Assembly: GCA_016196555.1 (NCBI GenBank)
Contig: JACPXL010000070.1
Location: 17,918 to 81,917 of the forward strand
From: Candidatus Omnitrophota bacterium
GTDB taxonomy: Bacteria; Omnitrophota; Omnitrophia; Omnitrophales; Aquincolibacteriaceae
Direction of reading: 5' to 3'
Length of the DNA: 64,000 nt
Part shown: positions 36,766 through 45,279 of the stretch, piece after piece
Position numbering within the stretch: the stretch's first letter is position 1
Layout: every line of letters starts with the position of its first letter
The notes under the pieces: generated by a model
Seen by the model: the letters and a program-made list of their open reading frames with translations, nothing else
Told to the model about the DNA's origin: nothing
Databases searched by the model: none
Position numbers and translations under genes: made by a program

Positions 36766-38431
36766 TCGCTTCATCTTCCGCGTCATGGCAGTTGTGATTT
36801 TCTTGTTTGCCGATTCCGCAATTCTTTACGCCAAGGTTTCTTCCGATACTTTGGTTTTGACTCTGGCTTCAGATCCCAAATCATTTAACGCCATGGTTGC
36901 GCAGGAAACTTCGACTACAGAAGTGACCACTTTGATGTTTGAAGGATTGACGCGTCTTAATCCTGTGAGCGGGCAAATCGAGCCTTCGCTTGCCATGAAT
37001 TGGGAAAAAAGTGAGGATGGCCTTGTATGGACTTTTCATCTTCGGCCGGAAGTGAAATGGTTCGACGGTGCTCCGCTAACCGCCGAAGACGTGGTCTTTA
37101 CTTTCAAAGAACTTATTTATAATCCCAAGATTATTTCCGCTTCGCGGGACATTCTTTTATTGGAAGGCAAAGAAATTCAGGTGGAAGCAGTCGATACGCA
37201 TACCGTCCGGTTCACTCTGCCCACATTATTTGCGCCATTCCTTCTTGCGATGGAACAGCCTATTTTCCCTGCGCATGTTTTGAGAGAAGCCGTTCAAAAA
37301 GAAAAATTTTCCAGCACATGGGGAATTGATGAAAAACCGGAACGAATTATCGGGACCGGGCCATTCCGGTTGAAATCTTATCGCGGCGGGGAACGTATCG
37401 AGCTTGTGCGCAATGAGCGTTATTGGAAAAAAGACGATGCCGGCCGCTCACTGCCTTATTTGAACCGTATTATTTTTCTGGTCGTACCGAATGCGGAAGT
37501 CCGCTTGCTTAAATTTCTGGAAGGGGAAACGGATCTCTACAACGCAAGCGGTAAGGATTTTCCCGTTCTTGCGGTTCAAAAAAACCAGAAAAATTTTACA
37601 CTTTATGACGTGGGACCCATGGTTGGGTCCAATTTTTTAGTTTTTAATCACAACGCGCCCGACGCTAACCGGCGTGCATGGTTTCGCAGTGACGAATTTC
37701 GCCGTGCGCTGGCCCATGGCCTCGACCGTCAGTCTATGACCGATATTATTTTCAATGGCCTTGGGATTTCTGAATGTTCACCGGTCAGTCCGTCCACGCC
37801 GTTTTATTTTAATCCGAACACTCTTTGTTACGATTACGACCCGCAAAAAGCCAAGTTACTTTTGGCGGCGCAGGGATTCCAAGATAAAAACGGTGATGGA
37901 GTACTCGAAGACGCCAACGGCCGCGAATTGGAATTTGTTCTTTTGACCAATGCTGAAAATCCGGAACGGGTTCAAATGACAGAAATGGTGCGTGAAGACT
38001 TGAGCCAGCTGGGGATCAAAGTCCATTTTTTGGCGCTTGAATTCAACAGCCTTGTTGCCAAATTGGTGGCCACGGGGGATTGGGACGCTGTGGTGATGGG
38101 GCTCACCGGTACAAGCGATCCGCATTTTGGCGCCAATGTATGGTTTTCGGGCGGAAGCCTTCATTTTTGGAATCGCGGCGCAACCGACTATGAACCTGCC
38201 TGGGAAAAGCGCATGAATGAAATTTTTCGCGAAGGTGTTAAGGTTCTGAATCCTGACGCCCGCAAAATTCTTTACGATGAATGGCAGGCTGTGGCTGCCG
38301 AAAAACTCCCGTTGACTTATCTGGTATTACCGAAAGTGATTTATGCCATTCGAAACAATTTCGAAAATGTGAAGCCTTCCGCTTTGGGAGGCGCCTTTTA
38401 TAATATTGAAGAAATAAAACAAAAATCATGA
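36758..38431 (+). CDS. ABC transporter substrate-binding protein, family 5 (peptide/nickel, OppA/DppA-like)
   Basis: Signal peptide, 557 aa, family-5 SBP-like sequence (FEGLTRLNP, WSDG-like WFDGAPLTAEDVVFT). Followed by two permeases and two ATPases. Confidence 0.85.
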   Translation: MNNRFIFRVMAVVIFLFADSAILYAKVSSDTLVLTLASDPKSFNAMVAQETSTTEVTTLMFEGLTRLNPVSGQIEPSLAMNWEKSEDGLVWTFHLRPEVKWFDGAPLTAEDVVFTFKELIYNPKIISASRDILLLEGKEIQVEAVDTHTVRFTLPTLFAPFLLAMEQPIFPAHVLREAVQKEKFSSTWGIDEKPERIIGTGPFRLKSYRGGERIELVRNERYWKKDDAGRSLPYLNRIIFLVVPNAEVRLLKFLEGETDLYNASGKDFPVLAVQKNQKNFTLYDVGPMVGSNFLVFNHNAPDANRRAWFRSDEFRRALAHGLDRQSMTDIIFNGLGISECSPVSPSTPFYFNPNTLCYDYDPQKAKLLLAAQGFQDKNGDGVLEDANGRELEFVLLTNAENPERVQMTEMVREDLSQLGIKVHFLALEFNSLVAKLVATGDWDAVVMGLTGTSDPHFGANVWFSGGSLHFWNRGATDYEPAWEKRMNEIFREGVKVLNPDARKILYDEWQAVAAEKLPLTYLVLPKVIYAIRNNFENVKPSALGGAFYNIEEIKQKS

Positions 38432-39414
38432 AAGACATGGCCGCCATTATTTTCCGCAGGCTTGTCACCGCGATTCCTTTTCTTTTTTTCCTTTCCATGA
38501 TCACCTTTTTCCTCATGCACCTTGTGCCGGGAAATTATTTCGACATGCTGCGCATGAATCCGCAGATTTCGGAAGCCACGATCAAACAGTACGAAAAACT
38601 GTATCATCTTGATCAGCCCCTTATCGTGCAATACGTCATGTGGCTCAAAAATTTATTCCATCTAGATTTTGGCTACTCCTTTGCGTACCGCCGCCCTGTG
38701 CTTGAGATTTTGTCCTCGCGTTTGCTCAACACATTGCTTTTGACGGTAAGTGCTTTTCTTTTGTCCTGGATTTTGGCGGTGGTGACCGGGCTTTTGGCGG
38801 GATTGCGGAGCGGCCGGACTTTCGACCGGGTTTTCAAAGTTATTGCTTATTTTGGATTGTCCATTCCCAATTTCTTTTTATGTTTGATTTTGCTTTACGC
38901 TGCATCGCGCGCGGGTGGTCTGCCGCTTGGCGGAATGAAATCAGCGGACTATGACTCTTTGTCCCTACCGGCAAAATGCTGGGATTTAATGCGTCACATG
39001 GCCATTCCTGTTTTTGTATTGTCGCTCAGTTCTTTTGCCTATCTTTTCCGGCTCATGCGCGCCCAAACGCTCGAAATCAAAGATAAGGAATTCGTACTTT
39101 TTTTACGCGCCTCCGGAATTTCCGAATCAAAAATTATTTTTAAACATATTGCTCGAAATGCCATCAATCCGCTGATCAGTCTTTTTGGAATGGAACTTCC
39201 GGCGCTTTTCAGCGGGGCGGCCCTGGTTGAAATTTTTACTCAATGGCCCGGCCTTGGACAAATTATGCTGCAGGCGGTTCGGACCCAGGATTTATTTTTA
39301 GTGCTGGGGAATATGGTGATCATCGGAGTTCTTCTGATTATGGGGAATCTTTTGGCGGATGTGCTTTTGATGATGAGCGATCCACGAATCCGCCTAGAAG
39401 GAGTGCGGGAGTGA
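38428..39414 (+). CDS. Peptide ABC transporter permease (OppB/DppB-like)
   Basis: 328 aa, polytopic, with a BPD-transporter EAA-like loop (FVLFLRASGISESKIIFKHIARNAINP). Confidence 0.88.
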   Translation: MKDMAAIIFRRLVTAIPFLFFLSMITFFLMHLVPGNYFDMLRMNPQISEATIKQYEKLYHLDQPLIVQYVMWLKNLFHLDFGYSFAYRRPVLEILSSRLLNTLLLTVSAFLLSWILAVVTGLLAGLRSGRTFDRVFKVIAYFGLSIPNFFLCLILLYAASRAGGLPLGGMKSADYDSLSLPAKCWDLMRHMAIPVFVLSLSSFAYLFRLMRAQTLEIKDKEFVLFLRASGISESKIIFKHIARNAINPLISLFGMELPALFSGAALVEIFTQWPGLGQIMLQAVRTQDLFLVLGNMVIIGVLLIMGNLLADVLLMMSDPRIRLEGVRE

Positions 39415-40433
39415 AAAAGCAGCCTTTTCTTTTTTATCCGGCGTTAGGAGGAATTTTATTTTTTATCTTTGGTGCCTTGTGGGCCGGCTGGATGGCGCCC
39501 TATTCTCCTCAGTTTGAGACGCGCACCCATTCTTTTCATCCTCCGACCAAAATTCATTGGGATTTATCAAGCGGCAAACTGCCGCAGCCTTTTATTTACG
39601 CAACGAACTCGCAATTCGATGAAAATTTCAAAAGGTATTATGTCGAGGATACCAGCCGGCCTTATTTTCTTAAATTAGGACTTAAAAAATTATTGTCGGT
39701 GGACGGACCGGCAAAAATTTATTTATGGGGTGCGGATTCACGGGGGAGAGATCTTTTTTCCCGAATTCTCTACGGCGGAAGGATTTCTCTTTCCATCGGA
39801 TTTTTGGGTTCTTTGATGGCGCTTGGCGCGGGGCTTTTGATTGGCGGCTTGGCAGGGTATTACGGCGGAAAACTGGATCAATTCCTCATGCGTCTGGCGG
39901 AATTTTTTATCATGATTCCCGGCTTTTATTTTTTGCTGGCAATGCGCAGCGTTTTGCCGCCAGGGCTTGGTTCCAAACAAATTTATATTTTAATCATTAT
40001 GATTTTGAGTTTAATCGGATGGGGCGGCGTGGCGCGCGTCATACGGGGTATGGTCTTTTCCATACGCGAAAATGATTTTATTGCCCAAGCCAAAGTTCTT
40101 GGGCGCGGTGATATGGAAATTATTTTCCGCCATATTTTTCCCCACACATTCTCTTACTTAATTGTGGTCATGAGCGTTTCTATTCCGGGTTATATTTTGG
40201 GAGAGTCGGCGCTGAGCATTCTAGGACTCGGCATTCAAGACCCCGACGTGAGCTGGGGAAATTTACTGACTGAATCCCTGTCGATTGCTCATATCACATT
40301 GCATCCATGGGTGTTAATTCCCGGATTCGTGATTTTGGCGGTGTCGTTTTGTCTGCATGCGCTTGGGGACGGCCTTATGGCGGAATCAAGTGTCATCCTG
40401 ATGACGGAAAGAGATAACAATGAATCTTATTGA
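39411..40433 (+). CDS. Peptide ABC transporter permease (OppC/DppC-like)
   Basis: GTG 39411 overlaps the oppB-like stop (GTGA). Motifs GADSRGRDLFSRILYG and FIAQAKVLGRGDMEIIFRHIFPH. The track start 39243 lies inside the upstream gene. Confidence 0.85.
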   Translation: MKKQPFLFYPALGGILFFIFGALWAGWMAPYSPQFETRTHSFHPPTKIHWDLSSGKLPQPFIYATNSQFDENFKRYYVEDTSRPYFLKLGLKKLLSVDGPAKIYLWGADSRGRDLFSRILYGGRISLSIGFLGSLMALGAGLLIGGLAGYYGGKLDQFLMRLAEFFIMIPGFYFLLAMRSVLPPGLGSKQIYILIIMILSLIGWGGVARVIRGMVFSIRENDFIAQAKVLGRGDMEIIFRHIFPHTFSYLIVVMSVSIPGYILGESALSILGLGIQDPDVSWGNLLTESLSIAHITLHPWVLIPGFVILAVSFCLHALGDGLMAESSVILMTERDNNESY

Positions 40434-41139
40434 AATTAAAAATTTAGAACTTGGCTATGGCAACCGGGAAAATTTTTCCAGGGCCTTGGGCCCTCTTTCA
40501 TTTTCCATACAAAAAGGAGAGGCGTTTGGTTTAATCGGAGAATCCGGGGCCGGGAAAAGTACTTTAGGTCTTGAGCTTTTGGGGCTGCTTCGTTTTAAAG
40601 GAGGCATTCGGCTGGGCGGTGAAATTGTGACACCGCCCGGCGTTCAGACAATGGCTTATATTCCGCAAGATCCCGGCGCTGCCTTAGACCCGCTTTTTTC
40701 TATTGGCAGTCAATTGCGCGAACGCTCCTCCGATTTGGCAGAAATCGAAAAAGCGCTGCAGCAGGTTCATCTCTCGCTTAATAAAATCAGTTTGAAAAGT
40801 TATCCGCATGAACTGAGCGGAGGAATGAAGCAAAGGCTTTTGATCGCAATGGCGCTTTTACGCCGTCCAAGTTTTGTGGTGATGGATGAACCGACCTCGT
40901 CTCTCGACGTAACTCTCCAGGCAGAAATCATGGCTCTTTTTCGCGAGATCCGTTCTACCGGGCTTACGTTTCTTTTTATTACCCACAATCTGCCGCTTGC
41001 GGCAAATTTTTGTGGCCGCATTGCCATTATGAAATCCGGGAAAATTGTGGAAATGGGCCCCACCCAGGCGATTTTTTCAAAACCGGAAAGTTCCTATACC
41101 CGTATGTTGATGGAAGCAGTCCCGAGGCTGGAAAAATGA
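40420..41139 (+). CDS. Peptide ABC transporter ATP-binding protein (OppD/DppD-like)
   Basis: Walker A GESGAGKST, signature LSGGMKQR, Walker B VVMDEPT. Confidence 0.9.
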   Translation: MNLIEIKNLELGYGNRENFSRALGPLSFSIQKGEAFGLIGESGAGKSTLGLELLGLLRFKGGIRLGGEIVTPPGVQTMAYIPQDPGAALDPLFSIGSQLRERSSDLAEIEKALQQVHLSLNKISLKSYPHELSGGMKQRLLIAMALLRRPSFVVMDEPTSSLDVTLQAEIMALFREIRSTGLTFLFITHNLPLAANFCGRIAIMKSGKIVEMGPTQAIFSKPESSYTRMLMEAVPRLEK

Positions 41140-41930
41140 GCGACGATTTTATTTTTCAAATTCAAAATGTTTCACGGGCTTTCGCCATTCGCCAGGGGAT
41201 TTTGCGAAAAGGCCCGAAGTTTAAAGCCGTAGATAATTTAAATCTCGATCTGTGCCGGGGAGGACTTTATGCTCTTGTGGGTGAAAGCGGATCCGGAAAA
41301 AGTACACTGGCAAAAATGCTGGCGGGCCTTTTGAAACCCACAGAAGGGAAAATCCTTTTTAAAAAACAAGATCTGCAGAAAGTTTTGAAAAAAAACCGAG
41401 AAGCCTATTATCAAAAAGTCCAAATTATTTTCCAAAATCCCTATCTTGCGCTCGATCCCCGCTGGAAAATCAAAACAATTCTGGAAGAGGGAATTCAAAA
41501 CCTTTCTGCGGCAGAACGAAATCAAAGAGTGGCAGAGGCGCTGGAAAAAGTCCATCTAAAAAAAGAATATTTGATGCGTAAGCCGCAGGCCCTAAGCGGC
41601 GGGGAAAGGCAGAGGGTCGCCATTGCGCGTGCTCTTGTGATGCGCCCGGAATTTTTAATTTTGGATGAACCGACTTCCCAGCTCGATGTTTCGGTTCAAG
41701 CGCAAATTATCGGACTGTTAAAAGCACTCCGCCCATCGTTTAAAGCGGGAATGCTTTTTATCAGCCATGATTTGGCCTTGGTGAGTCAGTTAACGGAAGA
41801 TTGGATTGTGCTTTATGAGGGGCGGGTGGTTGAAATGGGAAAAAAGAACCAAATACTTTCTTCCCCGAAGGCCCCTTACACTCAGAAGCTGCTTCAATCC
41901 GTAATTTCTACTCCATATTTTTCAGGATAA
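41136..41930 (+). CDS. Peptide ABC transporter ATP-binding protein (OppF/DppF-like)
   Basis: ATG 41136 overlaps the upstream stop (ATGA). Walker A GESGSGKST, signature LSGGERQR, Walker B LILDEPT. Confidence 0.9.
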   Translation: MSDDFIFQIQNVSRAFAIRQGILRKGPKFKAVDNLNLDLCRGGLYALVGESGSGKSTLAKMLAGLLKPTEGKILFKKQDLQKVLKKNREAYYQKVQIIFQNPYLALDPRWKIKTILEEGIQNLSAAERNQRVAEALEKVHLKKEYLMRKPQALSGGERQRVAIARALVMRPEFLILDEPTSQLDVSVQAQIIGLLKALRPSFKAGMLFISHDLALVSQLTEDWIVLYEGRVVEMGKKNQILSSPKAPYTQKLLQSVISTPYFSG

Positions 41931-42054
41931 GATAGATCACTCCAACGATAATCAGGGCCAAGACGATGAAGATAATTTTTGACTTTTCTTTCATCGGATT
42001 GTCATCTTTTTCCTTGCCCCAATTTTTCCATTTATCCTTTGATTCGTCTGCCAT
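41908..42054 (-). CDS. Candidate small (48 aa) single-TM protein, not in the ORF track
   Basis: My translation of the minus strand gives MADESKDKWKNWGKEKDDNPMKEKSKIIFIVLALIIVGVIYLILKNME. SD-like GGGAGAG lies 5 nt upstream of the ATG. A charged N-terminus is followed by one clean TM helix. Confidence 0.4.
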   Translation of the reverse strand: MADESKDKWKNWGKEKDDNPMKEKSKIIFIVLALIIVGVIYLILKNME

Positions 42055-42180
42055 GTTATCTCTCCCAATGATTTGGTGTTAGGTAAATCAGCGTATTTTT
42101 ATATCGGCGATTCAGAACAAAACTAAACTGGTCATAAGGATATGCCGTTAATGGAGTAGCAATTAAAAGGGAGGTTTAAA

Positions 42181-42516
42181 ATGAAAAAAATTTTAATCGT
42201 GCTTCTTGTCGGGGTCATGATGGCCAGTTTGCCTGGTTTGGGATATGCCGCGAGTCCTTGGACTCAGGAAGTAGGGTATACCAATCAGATGAAAGGAAAG
42301 CTGGATTTTGGTGTTAAAAATTTATTAGGCGGGTGGACGGAAATATTTCGTTCGCCAATGAGAGCCCATGAAGGCAAGACCTGCCCAATCCGGGGTACCG
42401 GAATAGGCATTGTGAATGCAGTGGTTTATACGGTGGGAGGAGCCCTTCATACGGTAACTTTTCCCTTCACTTTTATTGACATTCCGCTTCCCAATAATGG
42501 GGTGCAGCTAGACTAA
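42181..42516 (+). CDS. Small secreted protein resembling the exosortase-system-associated TIGR04073 family
   Basis: Strong SD GGGAGG and a signal peptide. The pattern KLDFGVKNLLGGWTEI ... GTGIGIVNAVVYTVGGALHTVTFPF matches my recollection of the family signature (KL.RG..N...GW.EI ... G..E..TFP). Confidence 0.55.
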   Translation: MKKILIVLLVGVMMASLPGLGYAASPWTQEVGYTNQMKGKLDFGVKNLLGGWTEIFRSPMRAHEGKTCPIRGTGIGIVNAVVYTVGGALHTVTFPFTFIDIPLPNNGVQLD

Positions 42517-42533
42517 GTAAGTACTTTATCGCT

Positions 42534-42570
42534 CATGGCGGGTAGGATATAATGCGTCCTACTCGCCATG
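42534..42570 (+). promoter_or_regulatory. 14-bp inverted repeat bracketing a TATAAT box and ending on the mutS ATG
   Basis: catggcgggtagga (42534-42547), tataatgcg, tcctactcgccatg (42557-42570). 13 Watson-Crick pairs plus one G-T. The right arm contains ATG 42568. Confidence 0.6.
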
Positions 42571-45189
42571 GAGCAAAGCACGTTAGCCGATCAAAAATTA
42601 ACTCCCATGATGGAGCAATACCGCTCCATCAAAAAAAACCTCGCAAAAGATACCGTCCTTTTTTTCCGCCTCGGAGATTTCTATGAAATGTTTTTTGAGG
42701 ACGCCGTCCGCTGTTCTGAAATTTTAAATATCACACTCACCGGCCGTGAAGGCGGGGAAGCGGGCCGCATTCCTATGTGCGGCATTCCTTATCATGCCTT
42801 TCACGAATATGTCCGTTATCTCCTCGATCATCAGCTGAAAGTCGCGATTTGCGAACAAGTCGGCGATCCCAAGGCCGCTAAAGGCTTGGTGGAGCGCAAA
42901 ATCACTCGCATCATCACGCCCGCCACTTACCTGGACGATGATAACAAAGGAAAAAATCTGGAATACATGGCCGCCCTTGCCCCGGCTGGAAAAAATTACG
43001 GCCTTGCCTACTTAGAACTTGGAACGGGTGAATTCTATGTGCGGGAACTGACCGAAGACCGGCTTTTCGGCGAATTAAGCCTGCTTTCTCCGCGCGAAGT
43101 CATTTTGCCCAAATCCCTTACCGAACAAAATGCTCTTTCCGGATTTGTGCGCGAAGCTTTAAACGCCAGCCTGACAGTTTATGAAGACTGGATTTTTGAA
43201 CCCGAAGAAGGCAGCCGCCATTTAATCGAGGCCTTCGGCTTTGGCTCCAAAACTAGTATTCCTTTTGCAGATCGTCCGCTTGCAGTCGGTGCTGCCGGCG
43301 CGGTTCTCTATTATCTGAAAGATCATCTTCATTCCGGTATTGAGCATTTGCGTCCTCCGGTTCTTTTAGACACGCGGGACTTCATGACGCTTGACCGGCA
43401 GACGCAAAAAAGCTTGGAGCTGGTTTCCAATTTAAGCGGAAAAAAGAGCCATGCGACTTTACTGGCCACCATCGATCAGTCACTTACTTCAATGGGCGGA
43501 AGAATGCTTTATCAATGGCTTACGCACCCGCTTCTTGTGCGTGAACAAATTATGGAAAGGCAGGACGGAGTTTCGGAATTGACCAGCGATCCTTCCTGGA
43601 CGCAATCCATTCGTTCGCTTATGTCCGGCGTGAGAGATATGGAAAGAACGCTCAGCCGTTTGAATTATGGCGTTGCCAATGCCCGTGATTTGGTGAATCT
43701 TAAACTGTTTTTGGAGCGGGTGCCGGAACTCCAATCCGTATTGAAAAAGTCCCGCAGTTTAATTCTTAAAAAAATTCTGGGGTCGCTCAACCCTTTTCCT
43801 GAACTGCGCGAGATGATTGCCAAGGCCATTGTGGAAGCTCCGCCGCTTTCGCTTAAAGAAGGCGGGTTGATTCAGGACGGTTTCCGCGCCGACCTGGATG
43901 ATTTGCGGAGTATTTCCAAAAATGGAAAGTCCTGGCTTCTCGAATTCCAGCAGCGCGAAATTGAGCGCACGGGAATTAAATCCCTTCGCGTTAAATATTC
44001 TCAAGTGTTCGGCTATGCGCTTGAAGTCAGTAAATCCAATCTCCACCTTGTCCCCCCGGATTATATTCGCCGGCAGACCTTGGCCAATGCCGAGCGTTTT
44101 ATCGTTCCTGAACTTAAAAGCTGGGACGAAAAAATTTCCGGTGCGGAAGATAAAATTAAGGCGCTTGAATACGAAATTTTTAACGGGCTTCGCGAAAAAA
44201 TCCTGGAAAAACTCATACCGCTTCAGGCCATGGCAAAGGCCGCGGGAACGCTCGACGCGTTGGCGGCGCTGTCCATCACGGCCATTCAGAAAAGTTGGGT
44301 GAAGCCGGAAATCGGGGAGTCAACCGATCTCCATATTAAAGGAGGCCGTCATCCGGTGGTCGAGGCTATGCTTTCTGCCGGCCAGTTTGTCGAAAATGAC
44401 ACGCTGCTTGATACGCGGGAAAATCAGCTCATTGTTTTGACCGGCCCGAACATGGCGGGAAAATCTACTTATCTACGCCAAGTGGCACATATTGTTTTGC
44501 TGGCTCAAATAGGTTCGTTTGTTCCGGCCGAGTCCGCACGCGTCGGACTTGTGGACAGGATTTTTACGCGCATCGGCGCGAGCGATGATTTGGCACATGG
44601 CGAGAGTACCTTTATGGTGGAAATGATCGAGACTGCGCATATTCTCCAATCCGCTACGGAGCGAAGCCTTTTAATTCTCGATGAAGTAGGGCGAGGGACT
44701 TCCACTTTTGACGGCGTCAGCATTGCCTGGGCAATCTGCGAATATTTGGTGCAGGAAAAAGCTCGTCCGCGCACTCTTTTTGCCACGCATTATCATGAGC
44801 TGACTCAGCTCGAAGAACATTTCTCCGGCATTAAAAATTACAATATTACGGTGAAAGAAACCCGTGATGGCATTGTTTTTTTGCGTAAAGTGATTCGCGG
44901 CGGTTCGGACAGGAGCTACGGAATTCATGTGGCGCGCCTTGCCGGAATTCCGGCAAAAGTGACGGAGCGCGCGGATGAAATCCTTCGTGTTTTGGAAAAC
45001 GAAAATACCGAAGCCACACAAATTATTGAAGGTAAGGCAAATTCGGGTCCAACCCTTTTTGATTTGCCCAAAGATCATCCATTGATTAATGAAATTAAAG
45101 AATTGGAGCTCGAAGCTCTGACGCCGCTTGAAGCGCTCAATAAAATCGCGGAATGGAAGAAACAATTTAAAAAACCATCGTCATCTTAA
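42568..45189 (+). CDS. mutS: DNA mismatch repair protein MutS
   Basis: TPMMEQY at the N-terminus, Walker A GPNMAGKST, DEVGRGTST and THYHEL. 873 aa. Confidence 0.95.
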   Translation: MEQSTLADQKLTPMMEQYRSIKKNLAKDTVLFFRLGDFYEMFFEDAVRCSEILNITLTGREGGEAGRIPMCGIPYHAFHEYVRYLLDHQLKVAICEQVGDPKAAKGLVERKITRIITPATYLDDDNKGKNLEYMAALAPAGKNYGLAYLELGTGEFYVRELTEDRLFGELSLLSPREVILPKSLTEQNALSGFVREALNASLTVYEDWIFEPEEGSRHLIEAFGFGSKTSIPFADRPLAVGAAGAVLYYLKDHLHSGIEHLRPPVLLDTRDFMTLDRQTQKSLELVSNLSGKKSHATLLATIDQSLTSMGGRMLYQWLTHPLLVREQIMERQDGVSELTSDPSWTQSIRSLMSGVRDMERTLSRLNYGVANARDLVNLKLFLERVPELQSVLKKSRSLILKKILGSLNPFPELREMIAKAIVEAPPLSLKEGGLIQDGFRADLDDLRSISKNGKSWLLEFQQREIERTGIKSLRVKYSQVFGYALEVSKSNLHLVPPDYIRRQTLANAERFIVPELKSWDEKISGAEDKIKALEYEIFNGLREKILEKLIPLQAMAKAAGTLDALAALSITAIQKSWVKPEIGESTDLHIKGGRHPVVEAMLSAGQFVENDTLLDTRENQLIVLTGPNMAGKSTYLRQVAHIVLLAQIGSFVPAESARVGLVDRIFTRIGASDDLAHGESTFMVEMIETAHILQSATERSLLILDEVGRGTSTFDGVSIAWAICEYLVQEKARPRTLFATHYHELTQLEEHFSGIKNYNITVKETRDGIVFLRKVIRGGSDRSYGIHVARLAGIPAKVTERADEILRVLENENTEATQIIEGKANSGPTLFDLPKDHPLINEIKELELEALTPLEALNKIAEWKKQFKKPSSS

Positions 45190-45260
45190 CTGTCATCCCC
45201 GAAATCTTTAATCGGGGATCAAGGATGGGATTCCCGCCAAAGGCGTGCGGGAATGACAGT
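45190..45260. repeat. Palindromic REP/MITE-like element, copy 3 (GTCATCCCC...GGGAATGAC subtype)
   Basis: Tips ctgtcatcccc and gggaatgacag are 10/11 complementary. Two internal hairpins, ccccg-N11-cgggg and cccgc-N9-gcggg. It fills the mutS-mutL gap. Confidence 0.8.
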
Positions 45261-45279
45261 AAGTGGACTAGGAGATATC

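Noticed and set aside
39243-39410. N-terminal extensions of the OppC-like (39243), OppF-like (41010), mtnA (15566), tsaE (17615), CDF (55221), receiver (46964) and YopX (19006) track ORFs
   Set aside because: Each extension overlaps the preceding well-supported gene in another frame. Internal starts that abut or overlap the upstream stop, often with an SD, give canonical N-termini.
40392-40405. Mini-palindrome gtcatcctgatgac at the 3' end of the OppC-like gene, possibly an excision scar or remnant of the repeat family
   Set aside because: It is only 14 bp (5-bp arms) and could arise by chance. No internal element sequence remains, so the link to the GTCATCCTGA subtype is suggestive but unsupported.
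45253-45279. Upstream ATG start for mutL (track ORF 45253)
   Set aside because: This ATG is the ATGAC tip of the repeat element and has no SD. ATG 45280 has GGAG 6 nt upstream and gives a canonical MutL N-terminus.
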